NCBI GenBank assembly: GCA_951406725.2
Contig: OX597817.1
Coordinates: forward strand, 98,890,001-98,954,000
Reading direction: 5' to 3'
From: Octopus vulgaris
Lineage: Eukaryota
Length of the DNA stretch: 64,000 nt
The notes below the pieces were generated by a model. The model was not told the DNA's origin, ran no database searches, and worked only from the letters and a program-made list of their open reading frames with translations. Below are positions 1 to 12,775 of the stretch, piece by piece (positions within the stretch are counted from its first letter, which is position 1; each line of letters opens with the position of its first letter). The position numbers and the translations under genes were made by a program.

Positions 1-435
1 GGCCATAGCGGAAAGAGGGCACATTTCGCCGCTTGAAGCAGTTTTTTGGTACAACTTGTCTCCCCGATCCGGACAAGCTGAAGAATCTGTGCCGCAGAGA
101 GCTGTATTTAAATATGAATGGAGGCACCCGAGTAAAGCGCCGGAAGGCCACGAGGAAGAGAAGGGACCCGTTTGCGTGAAAATAGGGAAGGAAGTCTGGG
201 TTAAGCCACCAAAAGCGCGCTGTACGTCTCAATGGAGCAGAGGAACGGTGACGACGGTCAATTCCAGAAACAACGTCTCCGTGGATGGATGCCGCGACAC
301 GTCTTGGACCTTCGCAGGATTGTCGCTTCGACGGACAACGATTGTGGAGAGAGGGAGAACGAGGTGTGTAGCTTGAGAAGATCTCGACGCGCAAGGCGTC
401 CCCCCGGTTGGATGGTGGACTACGACATGGAGTAG
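1..435 (+). pseudogene. C-terminal integrase region of an LTR retrotransposon (same family as 61776-64000), one frameshift near 290
   Basis: Reads ...SPLEAVFWYNLSPRSG...VWVKPPKARCTSQWSRGTVTTVNSRNNVSVDG/MPRHVLDLRR...LRRSRRARRPPGWMVDY*. The RRSxRxRRPPxWxxDY tail is typical of integrase C-termini. It is followed by a purine-rich tract and an LTR. Confidence 0.8.
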
Positions 436-466
436 AGAGATTGTGATCTTTAAGATCAGGGTGGCG

Positions 467-713
467 TGTGGGATGACGTCAGCAGCTGGGGAGCTGACCA
501 GAGGGGCAGCAGTGACGCGCGCGCAGGTAGGGCAGGATTCTGCCTTTTCAAGCGAGTAAGACGAGGTCAGTACGTTGTTAAGGTTGGGAGAAGCAGCTGC
601 TATCTCTAGCGTTCGGGTCGGGCTGTGTTGAAGGATTCATTACCGTTGAAGGGTCTCCATCTGAGCGAAGAGAAGGTAGGTGCCTTTATTTCGAATCTCT
701 CGCATACACCACA
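467..713 (+). repeat. 3' LTR (247 bp)
   Basis: Termini are TGTGG...CCACA (5-bp inverted), preceded by a PPT-like AGGGTGGCG. Clearly homologous to 61776-62069 (shared TGTGGGATGACGTCAGCAGCTGG start and GAAGAGAAGGTAGGTGCCT near the end). Confidence 0.9.
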
Positions 714-1428
714 TTTTCCTCTGAGTCGCTTTCTGGCTCTGTGATAGCTGCTGTTTTAGGAAAGTTTTGTTTGTTTCTTGGTGACATTTTTGAGGGGAAG
801 ACTTTCTCCCAGGGCCTAAGCAAGTGGAATTTTTCGCCGGGCATTGATTTTTTCTTTTATGGATGTCTCCACCGCACCAAAAGCAGGCTGGTTTAGCGGC
901 TGCAAGATGGGGTCGTTGATCGATACCAGCTGAGCCTTGCGATAGGTTGCGATTGTTTTCAACGGCCACCTATATGGTTTGAGTAAGCTTATAGTGTTTC
1001 TAAGCTGTCGTCTGATGATTGGAGAAGCCTTTGTCTGATTGATGGTGATTGAAGCCCAGCCACAAAGACATCACCAATTAGAATTTCTCGGTAACGGTCC
1101 GCCGTTAGGGCTTGGATTTTACACTTCTTGGCCAGCACCTGAAGGCTTGACATAAATTCTTCCATAGACTCGTTTTCCTTTTGTTTTTGAGTTCGTAGCT
1201 TATGGCGCATCATTATGTTTGAATCTTTCTTTATGAACTTTGAGTCCAGGCGTTCTATTGCTGCTTCGAAGCTTTCGGATTCTTCGACGATGGGACTAAG
1301 AGTACCTCCAGTTTAGATTCATCTGGAACTTTTGCTGTTGCTATGTAGATGTGTAGCATCCATTTCCCGTAAATATAATCTTCCTCGGTTACGTCTTGTA
1401 GGGTCCTCTCGAACACTTTGACATCCAT
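714..1428 (-). pseudogene. Ty3/Gypsy-type gag fragment, interrupted by the LTR element at 1-713
   Basis: RHKLRTQKQKENESMEEF..L..LAKKC...DVFVAGLQSPSIRQRLL, then zinc knuckle CFWCGGDIHKRKNQCPAKNSTC. Frameshifted and truncated at the LTR end (713). Confidence 0.8.
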
Positions 1429-2089
1429 TTAAATGAAGTTCAAATAAAATTTGTCATAAACCGGTTCAAAGAAAGCCTTTATTCAAACTTTATTTCTGCT
1501 CGCCGTGTAATCTGTTTATCACTGCTGTTCAATGATTAAGACGTGTTATTTTAAATCAAGTAAAGACAGTATCCGTGTATCAACGTCATTCGACACTATG
1601 TCGCATTTTCGTACTCAGTACAAAACAATATATCTATATTTTTATCTATTATTTACTATTGTAGAAAGAAATTAATGATAGGATATCATAATTCATAACA
1701 CTGATATACAACAGGACCAGTTGGAATGTTGGTCAGAAGACGGTTCGACAAGGAATCGTCGGCTCCTCGTTTCCGAGCATTTCTTCATTTGTACTTCCTT
1801 ATTTATGCCGATACCGCTGATGGCTGACAAGACCTATTTTTGCGTAGAACAATAGTCCACAGATGTCACGTCCAATGGTCGGTAGCGCCTTTGGCCGGAG
1901 TTGGTTGGTCTTTCGTTGGAACGATAAGAATTATATGAACAAGCCTTACACACCCGATAGTGTTTAACATAAGGGAAATAACTCTACTAATCAAATTAAA
2001 TCTATATATAAGAATACCTACTTATCTACCTTCTGCTGCAAACTATGGAACAAAATCAGAACTATAATCTATTAAAGTAACAACTATAT

Positions 2090-2570
2090 TCGTCATCGTC
2101 CTCGTTTCATATCTGTCATCCACATCAGTTAACATCCACCTTAACATCTGTTGACACGATCCGACAATCTACGGGCTGCATTGTACTCCCAATGTCTGTT
2201 TTAGTAAAGTTTCTACAGCTATGCCCTTTCTGAGAGAGTATGCTGGATAATTTTTTCATGACACCAACACTAGTGAAGTCAGCATACAGCTCACAAGACT
2301 AAGATCCCCTCTGACTAAGTGGAGCTACAATAAAGAGGGGAGAACTTTATACAAAGATATGAGAGGTTAAGGTAAGAAATAAGTGGCCAAGACAAAACAG
2401 GTTTTTTGCTGTAAAGGAGCTTCATGGCTACCCAGATTACATAAGAATTGGTGGAAGTAATCAAGGTGAAGTTGGAAAGAGAGCTGAGAGATTAACTAGT
2501 GTGATGAAGTGTCAGGGTGAATCCTCAAGATACAATGAGAACAGAAGAGTGCAAGGACAGAGAAATGGCA
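2090..2570 (-). mobile_element. Decayed RTE-type 3' UTR/SINE tail
   Basis: Degenerate reverse complement of the (GAT)n-tailed repeat seen at 11780-12080 and 17400-17605. Confidence 0.45.
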
Positions 2571-4059
2571 AGTGTATATAAGTAGAGGCTACAAGAGTGT
2601 GCAGGGAACTTGTGCCTAGCAGAGTATGCATTCTTACAAGAAAATACACAGTACAATGTCGACTGTCAACATTTGATACCAGTAAATACACCAAATGCAG
2701 CAACAGGAGAACACTTCAAGGAAGCCAGCCATCAACTTCCAACCATTGTTCCCATCTACCGCCATGTTTGAATACCTCACATGTTAACACAGAAAATTAC
2801 CAGTTCACCTGCCGTTTTCTAACACCTTCTTAAACAAAAGAAAATAAGACGCAATTTTATTTTCAGTAGACCGCAACACAGGTTTGATGACTAAAAAAAA
2901 ATTTTTTTTCATTGCCGCACACAGTACACAAAAAAGAAAAAATCAAAAAAGTTTTAAGAAAATTTTTTTGGCACACGTGTTACTATTCCAACAACACTTT
3001 TGTTGGTTCTTTGGTCCTGTTCTTTTCTTTCCTCTGTACAAAATGAATCTTCCAGCTTACCCATGTACTGTGGTGATGTCACACTTTGGTTTGCTCAATT
3101 GGATGCATATTTTTCTGCCCATGCTGTGCCTCACCAACAGCAGTTAAACCTTTTGTACTGTGGGATGCCTTCACCTCTTGCATGCTCAGTGAAAGACCTC
3201 ATCAGTGACCCACATCTGGACGTGCCTTATGTGTCCGTCAAATCTGAGGTTCTCCGTCAGAACACACATTCCATGGAGAGTAAATTCTGGACACTGATGC
3301 AGGATGAACACCTGGAAGATAGGATATCATCTGAGTTTCTTCATCATTTGCGAGAACTGTGACACTCCACTTGAAGACAATTCTCTGCTTAGGAAATTGT
3401 TTTTCTCTCATCTGCCACTAAATGTCCAATGAGACTGGCCACAACGGCTGACTCCAATTTGCTCGATCAGATAGCCACCATGGCAGACAAGATCATAGAG
3501 TTTATTGTGCAGCTCGCACCTCACCATACCTGTTCAGACCATACCATAGTAGCTTCCTCTACTACCACAAAGTCTCCTACCTTGCCACATGACAACATTT
3601 TGGAGAGAGTTGATGCATTAAAACGTTGCATGGGCACACTGTGGTGAGAACATGCCAGCTCTCATCTTCCTCACAGCAGAAGCCGTTCTAAGTCACGGTC
3701 GTCTAGTTCTACTCCAATGGTTTTCAATCTCTGCTGGTACCATGCCATATTTAAGGACAAAGCCTGTTGATGCAACCAGCCCTATTTGTTCAAGCTGTCG
3801 GGAACCTAGTTGCAGAAGATTTGGGCATGTCAAATTCTTCCTGAAATTTTTCATCGCATTGTGCATTCTTTGTTAAGGATTGCGTGTCTAATGAATTGTT
3901 CATGGTTGACACTGAATCCAGCTGCTCTATTTGGCCTTTGCATCTTACTTCAAACAAGCCGAAGCAATCTGCCTATTAACCTATCCCTGATAAAAACTTA
4001 TGGTCAGGTCTCATTAAACCTAGATCTCAATCTTTGAAGGAATTTTAGGTGGGTTTTTG

Positions 4060-4672
4060 GGATCTTTACCTTTTGATCTACAGATTTAAAAAATAACTTT
4101 TTGTAACTAAACACTTTCAAACTTCGGACACTGGTAGAACACTGTATCATATAAAACATCTTTTACTCTTAGCATTTTTGAGAAAAACGTATATTTACGA
4201 GGTTATTTCATGTAAAAGTTCTCATATTTTGGTAATTTCAACCAATCAATGACGTGTATTCAGCTGAATGAAATTACTGCCATTGTTTGTCAGCAACAAC
4301 TATCGGCAGTGTATTTTTCGTTTGTCACTGTTATTTATGACATCGTTCGTGCGTTTGTACTGGTTTTAAGGTTAGGGTTTTAGGGTTAAGGTTGTCATAA
4401 ATAACAGTGACGAATGAAATATACACCACCGGAAGTTCTTGTTAACAAACAACAGCAGTAATTTTATTCAGCTGAATTCACATCATTGATTGGTTGAAAT
4501 TACCGAAATATGAGAACTTTAACATGAAATAACTTTGTAAATATAAGTTTTTCTCAAAAATGCTAAGAGTAAAAGATGTTTTATATGACACATTCTACCA
4601 GTGTCCGAAGTTTGAAAGTGCTTAGTTACAAAAAATTATTTTCAAAATCTGTAGGTCAAAAGGTAAAGATCC
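4060..4672. mobile_element. Palindromic MITE (Merlin-like: GG termini, 8-bp TSD) with a telomere-like core
   Basis: GGATCTTTACC...GGTAAAGATCC with ~285-bp inverted arms. TSD GGTTTTTG at 4052-4059 and 4673-4680. Core TTAAGG TTAGGG TTTTAGGG TTAAGG. It splits the Gypsy protease region. Confidence 0.9.
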
Positions 4673-7600
4673 GGTTTTTGTTATAAAAGATCACTCATAC
4701 CCCATTCTGGGTGTGGACTTCTTAAACCACTTTCACTTGTTAGTAGATATCAGGTGACAGAGACTCGCAGACAATTCTACATCTTTGTTTACACCTGCTC
4801 AGTTTACTACTAATGCTGTTTTCAGCCCATCATTTTTTGTCGCCACTGCTGGTCACCAGTTCCACTCCCTTTTGGCTTCTTTCCCAGAGCTGGTAGATCC
4901 AACTTTCAAATCAGTCAAAGTAACACACTCAACTTGCCTTTATATTACTATTTCTGGACAACCCGTCTTTTCACATCCACAGTGACTTGCCCCTGACTGG
5001 CTCAAAAAGGCTCAATCTGAGTTTGAGCACATGCTTCAACTCGACCTTATTTGCTTCTCCATCAGCCCTTGGGCATCTCCTCTACATTTGGCATGGAAAG
5101 GGGATTCAGATTTTCGCCCAGTGGGGGATTACAGAGGTTTGAATGCGATAACTGTTCCCATCGTTATCCAATGAGGAATCTCCTGGAATTTTCTTTAAAC
5201 TTGCATGGTTGTACTGTTTTTTCCAAGGTTGACCTCATCCAGGCTTATCATCAAATTCTGATGAACCCTGATGACATTCCCAAAACTGCTGTTACCACTC
5301 CCTTCGGAAGTTTTGAGTTCCTGTTTATGAGCTTCGGTTTGCAGAATGTAACAAGCGCATTCCAAAGGTTTATTTACAAAGTTGTCTGTGGATTTGACTT
5401 TGTGTTTGCTTATATTGATGATTTGCTCATAGCTAGCAACATGCATAAAACTCACCTCCAGCAGTTATCTCAACTTTTTCAGTGTCTTCGCTCCTACAAT
5501 GTGCAAATCAACCCCAATAAGTGTGTTTGCGGACAGACCTCTCAGAAATTCCTAGGTAATTATATTGATTCTAATGGTATCCAACCTCTCTCCTCCAAAG
5601 TCAATGCAATTCAATGCATCTCACCTCCCACTTCTTTGCGCCAACTGCGTCACTTCTTGGGAATTGTCAACTTCTACAGGAGATTCATACCTAAATGTGC
5701 AGACAAGTTACTTCCCTTGACTCAACTATTGAAATGAATACAAAAAAAAAATTCTATCACTTTATCTGCCGAGGCATTATCTTCTTTCGAGTCAATCAAG
5801 AAGGAAATAGTTTCTGTTCCTTTGCTTGCACATCCGGTTCCTGATGCTTGTCTCTCTTTAACAGTTGATGCATCAGATTCTGTACTTGGTGCCATTTTAT
5901 AACATACCATCAATAATCAGGCTCAACCTTTGGCATTTTTTGCTCATCAATTAAAGCCAGCTGAATGTTGTTACAGTACGTTTGATCGTAAACTCTCAGT
6001 GACCTACCTGTCGGTTCGTTGTTTTCAACATCAACTTGAAGGCCAAGCTTTCGTGATTTATACTGATCACAAGCCTCTTACATTTGCTCTGTCATCTAAA
6101 TTGGACAAACACTTGCCTCGTGCTTTTTGTCAACTGGACTACATTTCCCAGTTTTTGAGTGACATTCAGCATATACCTGCAACAGAGAATGTACCTCCTG
6201 ATGCACTCTCTCATCTCCCTGTTTGTTCTCTTTCATCTCCTGCTGCAATCGTTTTAACTGCAATTGAGCAGGATCAGCCAGCTCAGGACACATTGGATCT
6301 CACTTCTACCAAGTCGTCCTGTTGAAAGTTTGCCTGTCTTCCACTTTCGTTTGTAACATAGCTACTGGTTCTCTCAGGCTGTTTGTACCTGAGAACCTTG
6401 TATTCACTGTCACATCCTGGCATCCTTGCCTCAGTGAAGCTTATTACAGTTCAATTTTCTGGCCTAATATGCGCTGGATGATTACCGCTAGGGCATGCTC
6501 TTGTGTGAAATGCCAGTGTTCTAAAATCCACAAGCACATTCGCGCTCCTCTTGGACAGTTTTCTCCACCAGAGACTCGCTTTCACCATGTTCACATTTAT
6601 CTGGTTGGACCATAGCCTGTCAGTCACGGTTTCTCTTACATATTGACATGCATCGATCATTTCTCTTGTTGGCCTGAAGCTGTTCCAATAGTGGACATTT
6701 CCGCTGAGTCAGTTGCTCAAGCTTTCGTTACTAACTGGATTGCTTGCTTTGGTGTCCTTATTTCATGAATTATCATGAATCCTAGGCATTCATCACATTT
6801 GTATGACCAGCTACCACCCAGCTTCCAATGGGATGGTTGAATATTTTCACAGGCAACTGAGGGCCAATCTACACGCCACTCCTGATCTGCAGTCTTGGAC
6901 AGAATTCCTGCCTATCTTTCTTCTTGGTTGTTACCCTGCTGTTAAGACAGACTTGGGTTTCTCCTCAGCTGAACTCCTTTACGGTACCACCCTGACACCT
7001 CCTGGTACAATGTTAGCTCCAGACAATTCATCGCATCCTGATCCAACGTCGTATGTCACCAGACATCGCTTGTATTTTTTGAGTCTTCCACCCATGCATC
7101 CACATGACCAATCTATTCCCTCTCACGTCCCACCAGACATTGACATGTTTTGTTCGGGATGATTCTGTCAGAGGACCGCTCATTTCTCCCTATAAAGGAC
7201 CATTTCATGTGCTATCGTGCACACCCAAAACTTTTAGTCTCGACATCAGTGGTCGGGCAGAGACAATGTCAGTAAACAGACTTAAAAAGGCACATTCTGA
7301 GGTTTCCACACCTTTCAACAACACCCCAGCCACGCCCACTTTTGATCTTTTACAACCACCTGTACATCCACCTGCACGTGCACCTTTGATCACACCATCA
7401 CCTACACCTCCATCTTCATCACCACAACCTAACACAAACAAGCCTTATATCATCTGGACAGGCAGTACTGTGCATTGGCCCAAAAAACTTACCAGAACTA
7501 TTGATATCTGACATCTTTTGTGCTTTCTGTGACAGGCAATTGTTTTCTTGTGTTGTTGAACATTTCCAATGCTTTGCCATCGAACATTTTGTCAAAATTT

Positions 7601-7758
7601 TGTACATGGCCATTTATATTTCTTGTAATTATTTTCTTTTGACTTGTCTCATTTTGTACCATATCTTGTTGTTTGTCATCGGTTACCAACTTTGCTCTTT
7701 TTTTGTGCTGCTCCAGTTATTCTCTATTTTGGCACTAGCATTCTCAGGGGGAAGCCCC

Positions 7759-8171
7759 TGTAGTGAGGCACAAGAAGCCAGTGGCATTTTGAACGAGATC
7801 TCGCCAGTAGCCATTGCCATGTGCGAGACAAGAATGAGATCTCACCCGCAACCATTTGCCATGTGCAAGACAACAACAAGATTCTCGCCGGCAACCAGTA
7901 TTTAAGCAAGAAACTAATGACATTCACTCTCACATTCCTTCTAACACTTACGCTGAGAAATACTGCATAGTCAGTGGCTCACAATGGACTCTTGTCCCCA
8001 CTCTGACTCTACATGCTTATCTCCAGAGGTAATGAGCCTAACGTGTATGGAGTTAAAACAAATCATGCACTGCTATAAAGATGGTCACTGAGAGCGAACC
8101 ACATGAATGAGAACTCTGTAAATAAACGGCTATTGAATTGTACTCCACTTGTGAACTTCCTTGAAACTACA
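7759..8171 (+). repeat. 3' LTR of the Gypsy element (413 bp)
   Basis: TGTAG...CTACA termini just after the PPT, with TATAAA (~8074) and AATAAA (~8121) inside. Confidence 0.75.
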
Positions 8172-8199
8172 AAAATAATTATAATAGGAGAAGGAGATA

Positions 8200-9200
8200 C
8201 TCCACAGGTATCATAAACCTTCCATTCCATTATAAGGTTATTCCCCTTAAACAGGGGGATAAAGAAAAACCTTATATACTTGGAAAGACCTAATTATCAA
8301 ATGGGGAAATCCAATGTTCTAGTAAGTAGTGCTTGAAGTGGATACATTTAGAAAATACTTCTTTACGGCTGTTTAATGCACCAGGTTTCTTAAAATCCTA
8401 AAGAAATTTGGCTCTCTCCATGATACAGATCTTGCAATGGCCACTTCCATTAATATATGGGCCTTGCAATGGCCACTTCCATTAATATATGGGCCTGGAA
8501 AATCAATTAATTTTCACTTGACATCACACAAGATCCCTTGATCTTTGAGGTGCTATACATGGTAGGCCAGAGATGTGACAAACTGTCTTCATTGTACTCT
8601 GAAGGATGACTGGTAGTTAAGAAAACGTTTCTTGAACAAAGTACTCGCTGAAACAATATATTTATAAATATGGGATGTGGCCTTATTTGCACTCCTGGTA
8701 ACATATGGTGCATTACTGTTATTACGGATATTAGGTCTAGGTATCATTGTAGCCTCATATATGACACCTTCAGCCTCACATCAGCCTCCTACTGGACAGT
8801 TATATACCCTGCAAGAGAAACCTGCCTCATCCCTTGTATTGTGGGTACTTGTTAAAATGTTTTTTGTGTTAGGTGCACAACTAAAGGAAACTCTTAGGTT
8901 GTGCCTGTTAAACAAATACCTGTATCTATGTGTTTGTGTAAAATGTATGTCTATTTATCTAAGGAAAATCTTTCCCACACAAGTCTTGACAGTGAGTGAG
9001 AAGCGTGGGACAAACCAAACGACATTTCTGGGGCGCTTTCTTTTCCAGGTGCTAGGGCCAGGCATGTAGATGTGGTCCTTAAACACACTCAAAGCCAGTG
9101 CCCCATTGTAGTAGGGGCAGGGGTGTTGAAAATATCTTGGCTTGAGGATAGATTCGAGATCCTCTTGTTAACACCTTTCACAAGTCGAGAAGCTACCCAC
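8200..9200 (-). mobile_element. Penelope-like element, 3' part (RT C-terminus/linker), decayed
   Basis: Minus strand reads NKRISNLSSSQDIF and RNVVWFVPRFSLTVKTCVGKIFL...LFNRHNLRVSFSCAPN, matching the PLE linker motif (WFNPPFS...FNR..K.SYSC.PN). Homologous to 59660-59960. Confidence 0.7.
8431..8494. repeat. Exact 32-bp tandem duplication
   Basis: CTTGCAATGGCCACTTCCATTAATATATGGGC x2. Confidence 0.95.
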
Positions 9201-9309
9201 TTCTCTAAGCTTACACCCCACCCCAGCCTACTTAAGAACCAAGTCTAGCAGACTCCTATCTCACCCAGGTCACTGGTGAGATGGCTGGTGTAGAAGTTAG
9301 CTGCTAGAA

Positions 9310-11486
9310 AGGTAAAGATGATGCCTTAGATAGAAACAACTACAGAGGTATCAAACTGCTAGACCAGGTCATGAAAGTTACAGAGAGTTATAGCTCAATT
9401 GATTAAAAATAGAATTTAACTAGATGAGATGCAATTTGGTTTTGTACCTGAGAGGAGTACCACAGATGCCATCTTCTTAGTGAGACTGCTACAAGAAGAG
9501 TATTTGGCCAAAAGTAAGTCATTATACTTAGCTTTTGTTGACCTGCAGAAAGCTTTCAACAGAGTACCCCACCCAGTTATATGGTGATCTCTAAGGAAGC
9601 TCAGTGTTGAGGAATGGCTTGTTACAGTTGTACAAACCATATACAGAGGTACTGTCAGTAAGGCGAGCATCAGCCATGAATAAAGTGATGAATTTAGCAT
9701 ACAGGTAGGGGTTCACCAGGACTCAGTTGTTAGTCCATTCCTATTCATCATAGTCTTCCAAGCCATAACAGAGGAATTCAAAACTGGATGTCCATGGGAA
9801 TTGCTATACACTGATGCATCGCTCTTATTGCAGAATCTTTAGCAGAATTGGAGAAGAAATTCTGGGTATGGAAGCAAAACCTGGAATCAAAGGGCCTTAA
9901 AGTTAACCTAGCTAAAATCAAAGTTGTTGTTAGTAAGAAAACAGATAAGACTCTAATTCCATCAGGTGAATGGCCCCTGCTCAATCTGTAGCAAAGGAGT
10001 GGAAAGTAATTCCAATTGCTGCACCAAATGTAAGTTATGGACACATAAGAGATGCAATAGAATCACAGGTATATTAACAGATATGGTCACCTTTGTGTGT
10101 GGCAGATGTGCAAGAATAACAAGCACTAAGAGCACATGGGACTTAGACTCAAATGTTCAGGAGGCTCTCTCCAAGCAGTAGATAGTTTCTGTTACCTAGG
10201 AGACCAAATTAGCAATAGGGGTAGATGCTCTGAAAGTATTGCTTCTAGAATACAAATAGGATGGAGAAAGTTCAGAGAACTACTACCTCTGTTAGTAACA
10301 AAAGGACTCTCTCTCAGAGTGAAAGGTAGATTGTATGATGCTTATATACGAACAGCTATACTCCATGGTAATGAAACTTGGGCTCTGAATGCAGAGGATA
10401 TGCATAGATGAGAGTGAAATGAAGGCAGCATACTCCGCTGGATGTGCAACATCAATGTGCATGAATGACGAAGTGCAAATGTGTTGACAGAAAAGTTGGG
10501 CATAAGAGAAATCAAATGCAGCATGCAGAAGAGGAGATTATGTTAGTTTGGACATATGATATGCATGAATGAAAACAGCTGTATAAAGAAGTGCCAGTCA
10601 CTGAAAGTAGATGGCACCTATGGAAGAGGAAGACCCAAGAAGACATGGGATGAAGTGGTGAGGACTGATCTCAGAATGTTGGGACTCACGGAGGAAATGA
10701 CACTGGACTGAGATGTCTGGCGATATAAGGTTCCAGAGAAGACCCACCCACATCAGCAAACCTGAGTTCTAGAAGTGTTGTGTCCCACAATAAAACTTTT
10801 ACACACCCTACCACAACAAACCAAACTACATCACTCCCTTCCCTTCCCAAAGTATTTCTCTTCTTCTCCTCACATTTCCTCTTCATACACTATGATTATC
10901 TCCCACTCCCCAATCCAGTCCTTACTACCCTGCTCATTGAATCATTGCATTGCCTGTCCCCCTCCCCTACATACCCAGATTGTCACCAGTCAAAGCAATT
11001 TCTATGCCAACTCCCCAACCCAGTCCTCACTACCTTGCTCACTGCATCACTGCTTCTCCTCTGTACCCTCCCCCTCTATATATGCAGATTCTCTCCAGTC
11101 ACTGCATTCCCCACACCTATCTTGTCACTCCTTGGTGATACCCTGCCAACACCTGTCACAATTCATCTCCCTCTTCCTTACTCTACCATCCCATCTATGC
11201 CCTGATCCCCATTCCTTGCAAGTGTACCCTGGCACTTGCCACCATCCTTCTCCTACTCTTGCCGTCTCCTACTCTCTCTCTCTCTCTCTTTCCCTTGCTT
11301 TCCCCTCTGGCTGAGTAATCATATATCTCCTGTTTCTACCCTCATTCTTGATCACTCTTTCTTCCTCCTTCTTTTGCTCTTACTTCTGGCTAGGTAACCA
11401 TGTATCTCCTTTACAGCATTACATCTCTTCTTAACTCCAACTGTCTCTCCAGGTAACTGTTTCTGTCCTCGTTCTTGTTAACTTTT

Positions 11487-11550
<64 letters not shown>

Positions 11551-12080
11551 TCTCTCTCCCTTCATCTCTTCCTTCATCTCTCCCTTCATCTCTCCCTCTC
11601 TCTCCCTCTCCCCCTCTCTCTCTCCCTCTTTCTGGCTGTATAACCATGGACCTCCGCTACTGCAACACATCTGTTTCTGCCTCTCTATCATATTATAATT
11701 TTTCATCATCTGATACAAAATCATCTCTTCCAATGCCCCCTCCCTTCTCAAAGATTCCTTGTCTTTTCAAAGTCACTTGGTGACCCCACCAGTGCAGGTG
11801 CTAGTTGAAAAGCCCCCAGTCCATACTGTAATGTGGTTGACATTTTGAAGGGCATCCAGCTGTAAAAACCATGCCAAAACTGACCTCGCCTGTGTGAGTG
11901 CTACGTAAAAAGTACTCAGCCCACTCTACAGAGTGGTTGGTGTTAGGAAGTGCATCCAACCATAAAAGCCATGCCAAAACACACTTAGAAGCATGGCATA
12001 GGCTCCTGCCAAGCCAGCTCCTGTCAAACCATCCAACCCATGTCAGCAAGGAAAGAGGACATTAAACGATGATGATGATG
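9310..12080 (+). mobile_element. RTE-clade LINE, 5'-truncated: RT (9310-10745), CT-rich 3' UTR and (GAT)n tail
   Basis: NYRGIKLLDQVMKV, QFGFVP..STTDAIF, GVHQDSVVSP, FCYLGDQI, LHGNETWA, GRGRPKKTW. The tail ends ...TTAAACGATGATGATGATG. Confidence 0.85.
11487..11630. repeat. (CT)n microsatellite and CT-rich tract
   Basis: Seen directly in the sequence. Confidence 0.95.
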
Positions 12081-12227
12081 TACATATATATATATATATA
12101 TATATTAACATATACCAGTGACTTTCACATTACATCATAGAGATTAACCAGTAGAATATCTTAGATTATATAATCCCTAATGAGGATATAACTTCCTCGA
12201 ATTGGCTATATAAATATATATATATAT

Positions 12228-12775
12228 ATAAATGAAAGAATGGAGTCGAACGACGATTTAACAAAATTCCTTTATTCTCGACATATGTTTCGAAGACTGC
12301 ATATTCCTAATTCCGAAGGAATAAGGGGTGCAATATGCCGCCTTCTCATCAGGAAAGACAAGGAACTTATGTCAGCATCATGACAAACAAAAACTTTTAG
12401 ATGACTACCCACACGGAGTCCATAGTGATAATGATTATCACTATGGACTCCGTGTGGGCAGTCATCTAAAAGTTTTTGTTTGTCATGATGCTGACATAAG
12501 TTCCTTGTCTTTCCTGATGAGAAGGCACCCCTTATTCCTTCGGAATTAGGAATATGCAGTCTTCGAAACATATGTCGAGAATAAAGGAATTTTGTTAAAT
12601 CATCGTTTGACTCCATTGTTTCATTTATTTAGAGTAAAAAGAACACACAAATTTCCACACGAAAGCATGTGATCTCTGCCCTTGGCATGTAGCTTCAACC
12701 GTGTTTTCTGACGTGAATTTACTACCCGGGTATCGGTTAACCGATTTATCCATACTAGGATAATTCATTCAACTA

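Larger units (their letters stand above)
2573..8171 (+). mobile_element. Decayed Ty3/Gypsy LTR retrotransposon (gag-PR-RT-RH-INT) with a nested MITE
   Basis: gag LWFAQLDAYF (~3050-3650); protease PILGVDFL (~4700); RT FSKVDLIQAYHQI, MSFGLQN, AYIDDLLI (5051-5737); RNase H TVDASD, YSTFDR, YTDHKPL; integrase CVKCQ, SYHPASNGMVE, PYKGPF; PPT AGGGGGAAG at 7746-7754. Many stops and frameshifts. Confidence 0.92.

Noticed and set aside
1429-1720. Possible LTR and second non-canonical PBS (AATTTTATTTG) upstream of the minus-strand gag
   Set aside because: The LTR boundaries cannot be fixed without a second copy, and no primer RNA was recognised.
11411-11783. ORFs with RERERE/SLSLSL runs, and YIYIYI/THTHTH/CVCVCV ORFs elsewhere (e.g. 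13156-13442, 21156-21451, 57548-58030)
   Set aside because: These are translations of microsatellites, not genes.
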